Positions 43,270 to 51,264 of a stretch of DNA of 64,000 nt are shown here, piece by piece (position 1 is the first letter of the stretch; each line of letters starts with the position of its first letter). Position numbers and translations under genes: made by a program. The notes under the pieces are model-generated. The model saw only the letters and a list, made by a program, of their open reading frames with translations, searched no databases and had not been told where the DNA came from. The stretch comes from Bryobacterales bacterium (lineage in GTDB: Bacteria > Acidobacteriota > Terriglobia > Bryobacterales > UBA6623), in the NCBI GenBank assembly GCA_963422375.2, contig OY729427.2, positions 1,248,001 to 1,312,000 on the forward strand. Direction: 5' to 3'.

Positions 43270-44491
43270 TACGTACTTCGGTCAACCGGTTGCACGCTCG
43301 TACAGCCGCTTTCCGGTGCCAGATGTCTCTCTGACGCTTGGCGAGCCTAGCTTCCTCCTTGTAGGCAGCAAGTGCGTGATCAGGAATGCGCCCTCATCCC
43401 CACGGCTTCGTGAACGTCTCGCCGAGTCTTCCCTCGGGGAACTGATCCGAGAAATACTCGGCCGACAGAGAACGATGCTTTCGAGGGACGTTGTAGATTC
43501 TCATGTGCGATGAACCCGCAAGCTCGATTCCCCATGATGGTGCAGACCAAATCGCCAAGCTTCGAAGCAATTCATACTTGGTTAAATTTTCGCCGAAGTG
43601 TGTGTCTCAATCCAAGTGCAAATATGTCGTTATTATAGTGGACATTGCTGTACTTTTGCAATTATCCTAGACTTTATGCATTCGAAACGCGGACGAATCC
43701 AAGACATATGACGTATTTATTGTCTTTGAAGAGTTCTAGTCAATCCGCCTGTAAAAGCAAGATTCTACCTGTGGATGATCGCCGATGGAGAACCTCCAGT
43801 CGCTTCACATTTCCATCAGAGGAGCGGTCTTCGCAAAACAGAACTCGCACGTGACAACCTACTCTTGTGGAACAGACGGCAAGCTGATCTTCCCTGATCC
43901 TAGCTCCAAGGCAATCCGATACTGCGGCAATAATGAACCCAATAGATGGAACTCATATCAGAACATTGCGAATGCATAATCGAGAAATCCATGTCGAAAC
44001 AGGCTCAGTGGACAATCGCAATGACCCGCAGAGTGGCACCGCGTCAACGTGTATTACCAGCTTTGACTCGCCGTGCTCTGTCCATTCGTGAACGTGAATC
44101 CACTCAGGCCGAACTCCGGTGATTCGAGCGTTGGCGAGTCTCGAGTTCTGCACGCTGTGAGTGTACGCCCAGCCGCGGCGAAGCGATCCGCGCCCTTCCG
44201 TCTAGTACGCTGCGGGATCTGCCGGTAGCACCACATCGGCACCGCGTGCAGGAGCGCTTCCGGGATCGATCTCCCGCACCGGCAGGGCGCCCCCTCTGTC
44301 CCAGAACGATGTCCTGCTATCCGGCGTCCCCTGACCAGCGTATCGCCTGCTGGGAAGTGGCAGGAATCTAGCCCGGCGCATGGACTTCGATGAAGAAGGC
44401 AACGTCGCTCCCGACATGGCGCAGCAAGTCGTAGCTCGCAGTATGCCGAGCACCAGACCTGTCTTGCACGGAAGCACTCTTGCGATACGCA

Positions 44492-45514
44492 TCACGCTGC
44501 TTTGTCGGCGACAGAGTAGTCGTGGTCCAGCAAGACCTCCCTGTAGCGGCAGGCCTCCGCGAAGTCGCCGCCGTCCTGCCGGGGCGGGGCGCCCCGGTCC
44601 AGCCACTTCCGGTAACGCTTTTCCACGCCGGTCGAGACGCACTCGGACCGCAGTCTCGCATAGCGGTCGATGTCCTCTTTCGTCAGGCGGCTCCACTCGC
44701 GCCTCTCGACGACCAGGCGCAACCCGAAGAGATCGGTCTCCTCCCAGTCCCTCAGCACTCTCGCGCGCCACCGCCTCCAAGCGCCCCGCAGGCGCGGGAA
44801 CTGCCCCGGGCTGTCGGCCAGGACCGCCCAGCAACACGCGATCCCCCTGCAATGCAATGCCGCCGCCAGCGGCTCGTGCCGAGCCAAGTGCAAGTTCAGC
44901 CCGCGCTCGCTCTCCCCCGAGTGCGCGTAGCAGAACTCGGCCGCCGGATGGTCGCCGGACGCTGCCTTGATCGGTAGCAGATCCGGAAACCGCCTGGACT
45001 TGCCCGCCTTGGTCCGAGCCGAAGCCGGAAAGGCGTCGGAGGGAACGCCAAGAGATTCGAAGTGCGCCGCCTTGGTCGGCTGGTCCAGCAGCCACCGGCC
45101 GGCGCTCTCGGACTCGAGAACGTAGTCCAATGCGAGCAGCCGCCGCTTGATGCCGCGTCGCGCCGCCCCGCGGCGCGAGAGGGAGTCCTCGCATCCGACA
45201 GACCGGCACAGGTCGGCGCCGGTCACCCGGTAGAGAGACTTCCCCGCGACAGGGACTGCATGGCCGTGCGCCTCTGCACGCCGCAGCAGTCGAACCTCCG
45301 CGCCTCCGGGTGCGTACCCGGCGTAGGACCGGAACTGCCGCCGCACGAAATACCCGCCGAGCAGCGCGGCGGCGGCCAGGAATTCGGCTTCGGCCGACCG
45401 GTACCCGAAGTCCGCCAATCCGGCCGCGCGCTCGCGAAGTTCCCCGCGGATCCCGTCGGACGCGCACTCTGAATTCCCTGCCCTCGCGGCGGTGCCGCCC
45501 TCGTCGCTCGTCAT
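44492..45514 (-). CDS. T4SS-associated hypothetical protein (wHTH-like N-terminus, possibly Replic_Relax-related)
   Basis: ATG at 45514 overlaps the upstream TGA (ATGA); motifs FGY..EAEFL...GYFVRRQF, RLLALDYVL and RRFPDLLPI. Confidence 0.7.
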   Translation of the reverse strand: MTSDEGGTAARAGNSECASDGIRGELRERAAGLADFGYRSAEAEFLAAAALLGGYFVRRQFRSYAGYAPGGAEVRLLRRAEAHGHAVPVAGKSLYRVTGADLCRSVGCEDSLSRRGAARRGIKRRLLALDYVLESESAGRWLLDQPTKAAHFESLGVPSDAFPASARTKAGKSRRFPDLLPIKAASGDHPAAEFCYAHSGESERGLNLHLARHEPLAAALHCRGIACCWAVLADSPGQFPRLRGAWRRWRARVLRDWEETDLFGLRLVVERREWSRLTKEDIDRYARLRSECVSTGVEKRYRKWLDRGAPPRQDGGDFAEACRYREVLLDHDYSVADKAA

Positions 45515-46470
45515 CTGGCGGGCGCCGCCTCGAGCGAGGGTGTCTCCGGATGGACCTGCCCGTCGGCATCCATCGCATAGAGCTGGAAGCCCGCGTCCGA
45601 CTTGGCCCGCAGGGCGGAATCCCGATAGTGCGACGTGGTGACCTCCACGTCGATCGATCCGCGGCCGCCGGAACCGGCCGAGGGCGACGTCTCGTACTCG
45701 ATGCGTGCGTCGGGAAAGGCCAGCTTGCCGACGACGACGGCCAGATCCAGTTCGGCGGCCGCCTGCGCGCGCGCTTCCGCCGCGGGGGCTCCGTCGCGCT
45801 TGGCCCGGTCCGCGATCCGCTTCGCAATCCTCTGCAGTTCCTCGTCGGTGCGGACGCGCAAGACACGGCCGCCGCTCGCCCTGATGGCCCCGGCTTCCTT
45901 GCGCCCCGCCCGGTACACCGCGATGTCGTGCAGCACCTGCGCGCTCCGCGCCGGCCCGGCATGGTAGGCCTGCGCGTCCCCGTCGCCCGGCTCGCGCGGA
46001 TCCACCGAGCGCTCCATGAGCCGCTTGCCGCTCTGCGTGAGCGTCGCGACCTCCAAGGAGAGGCGGCCCCTCCGGAACCGTTCCGTGCGCAGCAGGCCGG
46101 CCCGCTCGAGCTCGGCCACGGCCCGGCGGGCGCGCCGGCCGGACTCGAACACCCCGTTCAGGTCGCCAGCCTCCACCGCGCCGTAGATTCCGACCGCGCG
46201 GAGCGCCTCGACGCTGTCGGCGGCGAGCCGGTGACGGCCCCACCGGGCAACTCCGCGACCGGCCCGCTCCACGCGGTCCGCCCGCGGCTCCCAGAGCGTC
46301 TCCAGCTCCGGGGAGCGCCCGGAGCGCGGGATTGGCGGAACAGCGCGAGGTCTCGTCGTCTCTGGGCGGCGGTCCCGCTCGGGGGACTTGCCCTGAGCGG
46401 GAGAGCGAGCGAGGCCGACGGTCGGGCCGCCCCCCTCCTCCTGCGTCCGCGGATCGAGCGCCCGCCTCAC
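45511..46470 (-). CDS. Putative Replic_Relax-like protein (wHTH plus PD-(D/E)XK-like core)
   Basis: GTGA overlap start; ARRAVAELERAGLL..LTQSG winged helix, LHD motif, FPDARIEYE..IDVEVTT..Y..RAK. Confidence 0.6.
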   Translation of the reverse strand: MRRALDPRTQEEGGGPTVGLARSPAQGKSPERDRRPETTRPRAVPPIPRSGRSPELETLWEPRADRVERAGRGVARWGRHRLAADSVEALRAVGIYGAVEAGDLNGVFESGRRARRAVAELERAGLLRTERFRRGRLSLEVATLTQSGKRLMERSVDPREPGDGDAQAYHAGPARSAQVLHDIAVYRAGRKEAGAIRASGGRVLRVRTDEELQRIAKRIADRAKRDGAPAAEARAQAAAELDLAVVVGKLAFPDARIEYETSPSAGSGGRGSIDVEVTTSHYRDSALRAKSDAGFQLYAMDADGQVHPETPSLEAAPAR

Positions 46471-46775
46471 GCCTGCCCCTCCTTTTGCTCGCGGAGCCGT
46501 CTGGCCAGCTCGCTGTCGAACGTGGACCCCTGGCGGATCTCGCCTTCCAGGCGCCGCAGCTTCCGGCCCGCGTCGCCGAGGCCAAGACGCCGCGCCAGCC
46601 AGTATAGGAACGCGAACAGGTCGAACGCCAGAGCGCAGGCGTAGGCCGCGACTACGGGCCCGTGCCGCACCGCCAGCTCGTCGCGATACGGTGCCAGGTA
46701 TTCGAACTCGTCCAGCGCCAGCCAGACGGCGACGCCGCCGATCGAGATCGTCAGCCCGAACGCGATGCGCGCCAT
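46467..46775 (-). CDS. Small two-TM membrane protein in the T4SS operon
   Basis: 102 aa, two hydrophobic segments, tightly coupled to both neighbours. Confidence 0.75.
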   Translation of the reverse strand: MARIAFGLTISIGGVAVWLALDEFEYLAPYRDELAVRHGPVVAAYACALAFDLFAFLYWLARRLGLGDAGRKLRRLEGEIRQGSTFDSELARRLREQKEGQA

Positions 46776-46778
46776 GGC

Positions 46779-47429
46779 TCAGTCCGCGATCCGGTCGCTG
46801 CGGAAGTAGGTGATCGCGAGCCCCAGCGGGTTGACCGCCAGCAGCTCGCGGGGCGGGTTCGGCAGGAAGCGAAACTCGAATTCCGACGTCCAGCGCCTGC
46901 GGCCGACCGTCCGGCCGGTCGGGTCGCGCAGCGTCTCGGTGAAGTCCACGCGCGCCCGGTAGGGCTCCTCGCGCGAGGGCTGGACCTGCACGGCGTTGAT
47001 CTCGAGCTCGGTCTCGGTGCCGTCGCCGCCCATGAACCCCACCAGTTCCCCGCTGGCCTCCTGCTCGTCCAGCAGGCGCCGCGCCAGCGGCCGGTCCAAG
47101 AACAGCAGGGAGTCCTTCCACGCGTCCAGGGCGAGACCGCGCCGCCGCTCCCGGTTCATCACCAAGAACCGCCGCAGGAAGTACTTCACTTCCGGCTTGG
47201 CCACGTCGGGCCGGTAGGCCGCCGCCTTGTAATCGACAGCCTCCGCCCGGCCGACCTCGTCGATGCGCACCACCAGCGGAGACAGGTGCTCGAAGCGGTC
47301 GAACGTGCGCCAGCAAAGCAGCAGCAGGCCCGCGCAGACCAGCGATAGAGCCCCGAGGGCGATCTTCAGGTAGCGGTTGGTGGACAGCACCTCCGCCCAG
47401 ATTTCGGCGTACGCCTCTTGCGCTTGCAT
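46779..47429 (-). CDS. virB8: VirB8/TrbF-family protein
   Basis: AAGGAGG SD, single TM, PLVVRIDEVG and C-terminal NPLGLAITYF motifs. Confidence 0.88.
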   Translation of the reverse strand: MQAQEAYAEIWAEVLSTNRYLKIALGALSLVCAGLLLLCWRTFDRFEHLSPLVVRIDEVGRAEAVDYKAAAYRPDVAKPEVKYFLRRFLVMNRERRRGLALDAWKDSLLFLDRPLARRLLDEQEASGELVGFMGGDGTETELEINAVQVQPSREEPYRARVDFTETLRDPTGRTVGRRRWTSEFEFRFLPNPPRELLAVNPLGLAITYFRSDRIAD

Positions 47430-47440
47430 GGATTGCCTCC

Positions 47441-48328
47441 TTACGTGACGGCCCGCCGGGCGATCGACGAGGCGAACGAGCCCGCCCCGGTGACGAAGCT
47501 GCCGCCTCCGTGGAAGATCGAGCTGGTCAGCGAATGCACCTTGAACATCGCCAGCAGCGCCACCAGCAGAACCACCGACGAGTAGAAGAACCAGGTGACC
47601 TGGCCGCTCAGGCCGGACGGCACGGAGGCCCACAGCCCGTCGAGCATGAACGTGCAGAGGGCCAGGAAGGTCCAGCCCACCGCCGTGTAGAAGGAGAACT
47701 GCAGGTAGGACCGCAGCCAGCCCCAGAAGAGGAAGTCCATCCGCGGCACGAACAGCCACGGAATGAACAGCGGCCCGAGGACGGCGCAGGCCCCGGCCGC
47801 GACGCGCCCCGCCGCGATGGATGCGATCAGCAGCGCCGCGCAGGCGGTGTTGAACAGCAGGATCACGAAGGTCCAGATCAGCGAGCCCGCTCCCATGAAG
47901 AAGTCGAAGAAGCTCCACGACGTCAGGTCCCGCCAGGCCTCGTGGAACGACACCGCGAAGTTCCACGTGATGAAGCCGTCGATCTGGCGCGAGTAGAAGT
48001 CCGCGGCGCGGATCGGCAGTGTCCCGAAGGGCAGGCCCAGCCCCGGCACGTCCTGGACGTAGAAGCGGATCATGGCGAGGCTGAACGACATCGAGAGCAC
48101 CATCGGCAGGAAGCGCGACCAGGGAATGCCCTGGCCGGCGAAGGCCGTTTGGATCCCGACCCACGCGATGGTCAGCGCGGCGAGCGCCCGGAAGAGCATC
48201 AGGCCCTCGGGGACGAAGAGCGGGGCGAGGTTCTGGATCGCCTGGTCGATCGACGCGAACGCCCACAGCAGCGGGAACTCGGTCGGATCGGTCGGCGGAA
48301 CCGGCGGGGGAGTCGGCAGGAGTTGCAC
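47441..48328 (-). CDS. virB6: VirB6/TrbL-family polytopic membrane protein
   Basis: Multiple TMs; LGPLFIPW...FLFWGWLR motif. Confidence 0.85.
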   Translation of the reverse strand: MQLLPTPPPVPPTDPTEFPLLWAFASIDQAIQNLAPLFVPEGLMLFRALAALTIAWVGIQTAFAGQGIPWSRFLPMVLSMSFSLAMIRFYVQDVPGLGLPFGTLPIRAADFYSRQIDGFITWNFAVSFHEAWRDLTSWSFFDFFMGAGSLIWTFVILLFNTACAALLIASIAAGRVAAGACAVLGPLFIPWLFVPRMDFLFWGWLRSYLQFSFYTAVGWTFLALCTFMLDGLWASVPSGLSGQVTWFFYSSVVLLVALLAMFKVHSLTSSIFHGGGSFVTGAGSFASSIARRAVT

Positions 48329-48352
48329 GGAAGGATCACCCCGGGTGGGTCG

Positions 48353-49207
48353 TCAGGGCATCCGCCAGCGCGGCCGCGGCTGGGACGCGGCCAGCGCGCT
48401 GTACTGGGCGGCCGTGTCCATCGCTCGCGCCAGGCGGTCCCGCTCGCGCTTGAGCCCGGCCAGCTCGGCTTCCAGCAGGGCGTCCAGCAGCTGGTTGGTC
48501 TGCTCCGTGCCGTGGATCTGGCGCACCTGCCCCACCGAGACCTTCCCGAGCAAGGCCGGCAGGGCCTGCGAGCCGTTGCTCGGATCGAGCGCCGCGCGCT
48601 CGAGGGCGCTGTGGGCGCGCCGACGCTCGGGGGCCAGCCTCCGGATCGATCCGAGCACCGCCATCGAGCGAACCGCGGCCGCGTCCGCCAGCTCGATGGT
48701 GGAGTGCTCGCGCCGGACCTTGGCCCGCACGTGCCCGGGCAGCGCGCGCAGCGCATCGCTCCAGTCCGGAACGGGCGCCGCCGCCCGGCCGTAGACGGAG
48801 ACGGCGCTCTGCGAGGCTCCGTTAATCACCCGCGTCCATCCGCCGCTCGTGCCGTAGCGGTTGGCCGAGGCGCTGCGCAGCCAGCGGGTGGCAGAGGCCT
48901 GGAAGCGCGAGAGCGAGCCGAGATCGCGCAGCGTGCCGGCCACGCCGGCGTAATGGTCCAAGGTGTTCGAGGCGACGGTGCCGAGGTTCTTGAGCTCGAC
49001 GAGTCGGTCCCGGGCTGCCTCGACCACGGGCCGGGCCTCCTTGATGGTCACCGGCATCAGGCCCGCGGCGCCGAGGCCGCCGCCGCCGAGGCCGAAGGCC
49101 TTGCCCACGGCCTTGCCGATGCCGCCGAAGAAGGCGCCCCAGAACGGCAGCGCGGGCGTCGCCAGCGCCAAGGCCAGCGCGGCGAGAAGGATGAGTCTCT
49201 TGGTCAT
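48353..49207 (-). CDS. VirB5/TrbJ-like secreted helical protein
   Basis: Signal peptide, AGGAG SD, helical with QTNQLL; position between virB10 and virB6. Confidence 0.6.
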   Translation of the reverse strand: MTKRLILLAALALALATPALPFWGAFFGGIGKAVGKAFGLGGGGLGAAGLMPVTIKEARPVVEAARDRLVELKNLGTVASNTLDHYAGVAGTLRDLGSLSRFQASATRWLRSASANRYGTSGGWTRVINGASQSAVSVYGRAAAPVPDWSDALRALPGHVRAKVRREHSTIELADAAAVRSMAVLGSIRRLAPERRRAHSALERAALDPSNGSQALPALLGKVSVGQVRQIHGTEQTNQLLDALLEAELAGLKRERDRLARAMDTAAQYSALAASQPRPRWRMP

Positions 49208-50424
49208 GATTTGTCTCCTTGGGTTCGGTCCCGCCCGTAGGCGGGGAGGGCCAGGTCCTCGGTCAGGTAGATGCGGATCCGGTGGCCTTCCCGGACCGTG
49301 ACCGTTGGCAGCCGGTTGAGGTACCGGTCGAGCACCCGCTCGGCCGAGCGGGCCATGCCGGCGCCCGTCGACAGGCGCGCGGCGCCGAGTCGCGTCGAGA
49401 AGGCCTCCTGCGGGCTGACGGCCTGCGTCAGACCCGCCAGGGCTCCCACCGCCCCCGCCGCGGCGAACGTGGACAGGTAGTGCCGGTCGACGCGGTCCCG
49501 CAGGCCCGTCTCGCCGATCTGGTTCAGGCCGGCGGCCTTGCCGAGGGAGACCGCGGCGCCGTCCGGCAGGATCAGGCGGTGGAAGACCACGGCCAGGCGG
49601 ATCTGGCCCCATTCCTCCACGCGGCTCGCCGCTCCGAGAGCGCGCGTGCCGCGCGGCACCAGCACGCGCTGCCGCGAGCGGTCGAAGACGTCGGCCGACA
49701 CGACGGCGTTCACCGGGCCGGCGAAGTCGCCGACAAGTCGGTTGGCCAGCACGGCCTCGAGAAACTCGCCCTCGCGCAGGACGTAGGCGCCGGTAGCCGG
49801 GACTCGGTAGGAGTCCCGGCCGGAGTCCTCCGGGACCATGCCGGCGGGAGGCGCGACCGCCGCGTCCCGCGGCGCTTCGGTCGGAATCGAGTCAGGCGGC
49901 TCGCGCGGGGGAGGATCCGCCCCGGGCGCGGCCGGGGACGAGCCCCGGGCCTGGTCCGACCGGTCGCTCTGCACCAGCGGCGGAGTGCGGAGCGAGCGGT
50001 AGCGCCGCAGGCGCTCCTCCCGCTCGATCTGCTCTTCCGGGGTCAGTTCTCGGGCGTACCCGGCTCCCGCCCCGTGGGCAGCCGCCTCGGGAGGAGCCAC
50101 GGGAGCCGGCGGGTGCGGCAGGCCGTCCGGACGCGGCGCGGGCAGGCCGAGATCCCTTTGCAGGCGCCGCTCGGCGTCGCGCTCGACTTCCTCGCGCATG
50201 CGGCGGGCGGCGCTCTCGACCGACGTCACTCCGACGCCGGACGAGGCGGAGGGTGCGGCCGCTCCGCCCTCCGGTGCCTCCGCCGCGCGCGGGTCGTCGG
50301 CCTGGCCGGGAAACGTAACCAAGGTGATCGCGATCGCGGCGGTCAGGCTCACGAGCAGCCAGGCCTGCGCGCGGGCCGGGATCGCGCCGGGCGGGCGCGG
50401 GACCTTGTCGAGAATCTTCTTCAC
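49204..50424 (-). CDS. virB10: VirB10/TrbI-family protein
   Basis: TM, Pro-rich linker, VLVPRGTRALG, GETGLRDRVDRHY and PTVTVREGHRIRIYLTEDL. Confidence 0.92.
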   Translation of the reverse strand: MKKILDKVPRPPGAIPARAQAWLLVSLTAAIAITLVTFPGQADDPRAAEAPEGGAAAPSASSGVGVTSVESAARRMREEVERDAERRLQRDLGLPAPRPDGLPHPPAPVAPPEAAAHGAGAGYARELTPEEQIEREERLRRYRSLRTPPLVQSDRSDQARGSSPAAPGADPPPREPPDSIPTEAPRDAAVAPPAGMVPEDSGRDSYRVPATGAYVLREGEFLEAVLANRLVGDFAGPVNAVVSADVFDRSRQRVLVPRGTRALGAASRVEEWGQIRLAVVFHRLILPDGAAVSLGKAAGLNQIGETGLRDRVDRHYLSTFAAAGAVGALAGLTQAVSPQEAFSTRLGAARLSTGAGMARSAERVLDRYLNRLPTVTVREGHRIRIYLTEDLALPAYGRDRTQGDKS

Positions 50425-51260
50425 GGCAGCGCCTCCTTCAGATCCCGTGCCGCCCAGATCCCGTGCCGCCGGAAGCGCAGCTTGCGCTTCCCGATCTGCA
50501 GCCAGCCGTCGGCCAGGATCCGCCGCGTCACGTACAGCCCGTCGGCGAAGTCGTACGGCACCAGCGACGGCTTGCCGTCGCGCTGCTCGTACAGCACCGG
50601 CACCTCCTCCGGGTCGGCCCGGATGTAGGTGAAGCGCTCGTCGCGCCACATCGCCCGTACCTTGAACGGAGCGGCGCGGGCCGTCCGCTCCAGCGAGTAG
50701 TCGAACCGCAGGGATCCCGGATATTCCGAGCGGAAGCGCTCGATCCCGCTCGCGATCTCGCGGTCGGCCCGCTCCTCGGCGGCCAGCGCCCTCTGCCGGG
50801 CCGCGTCGGCCTCCCGCTCGAGGCGGGCCGCCGCGTCGCGCGCCTCGAAGCGCACAGGCTCCAGCCCCCGCCGCTCCGGATCGTCCGACCCGCGCGGGCG
50901 CAGGAACAGCTTCAGGTCGGGCTCGCCCGGCTCGTCGCCGAGCTCGCGGAAGAGCAGGGTGTAGACGTTGCCCAGGTCGGTCACCAGGGTCACGTTCGTG
51001 CGGATCCCCTTCGCGGTGGGCTTGACGAAGGCGAGGTTGGCGGTGCCTTGCACGCTCCAGTAGTCGGCGTCCCCGCAGATCCAGTCGAGGATGCGCTCGT
51101 CGGGGGGCAGCACGACGGCGGTGGCGAATCTGAGCCGCGCCCGGACTTCGATCACGTCCTCGGGCCCTGCCTCGGCGTCGCGGGCCCCGGCCGGCGCCGT
51201 CCAGACCAAGGCGCAGGCCAGGGCCGGCGGGAGCAGGGATTGCAGCTTGCGGTAGTTCAT
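50421..51260 (-). CDS. virB9: VirB9/TrbG-family protein
   Basis: Signal peptide; AFVKP..TNVTLVTD and MWRDERFTYI..PVLY motifs. Confidence 0.88.
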   Translation of the reverse strand: MNYRKLQSLLPPALACALVWTAPAGARDAEAGPEDVIEVRARLRFATAVVLPPDERILDWICGDADYWSVQGTANLAFVKPTAKGIRTNVTLVTDLGNVYTLLFRELGDEPGEPDLKLFLRPRGSDDPERRGLEPVRFEARDAAARLEREADAARQRALAAEERADREIASGIERFRSEYPGSLRFDYSLERTARAAPFKVRAMWRDERFTYIRADPEEVPVLYEQRDGKPSLVPYDFADGLYVTRRILADGWLQIGKRKLRFRRHGIWAARDLKEALP

Positions 51261-51264
51261 CGGT

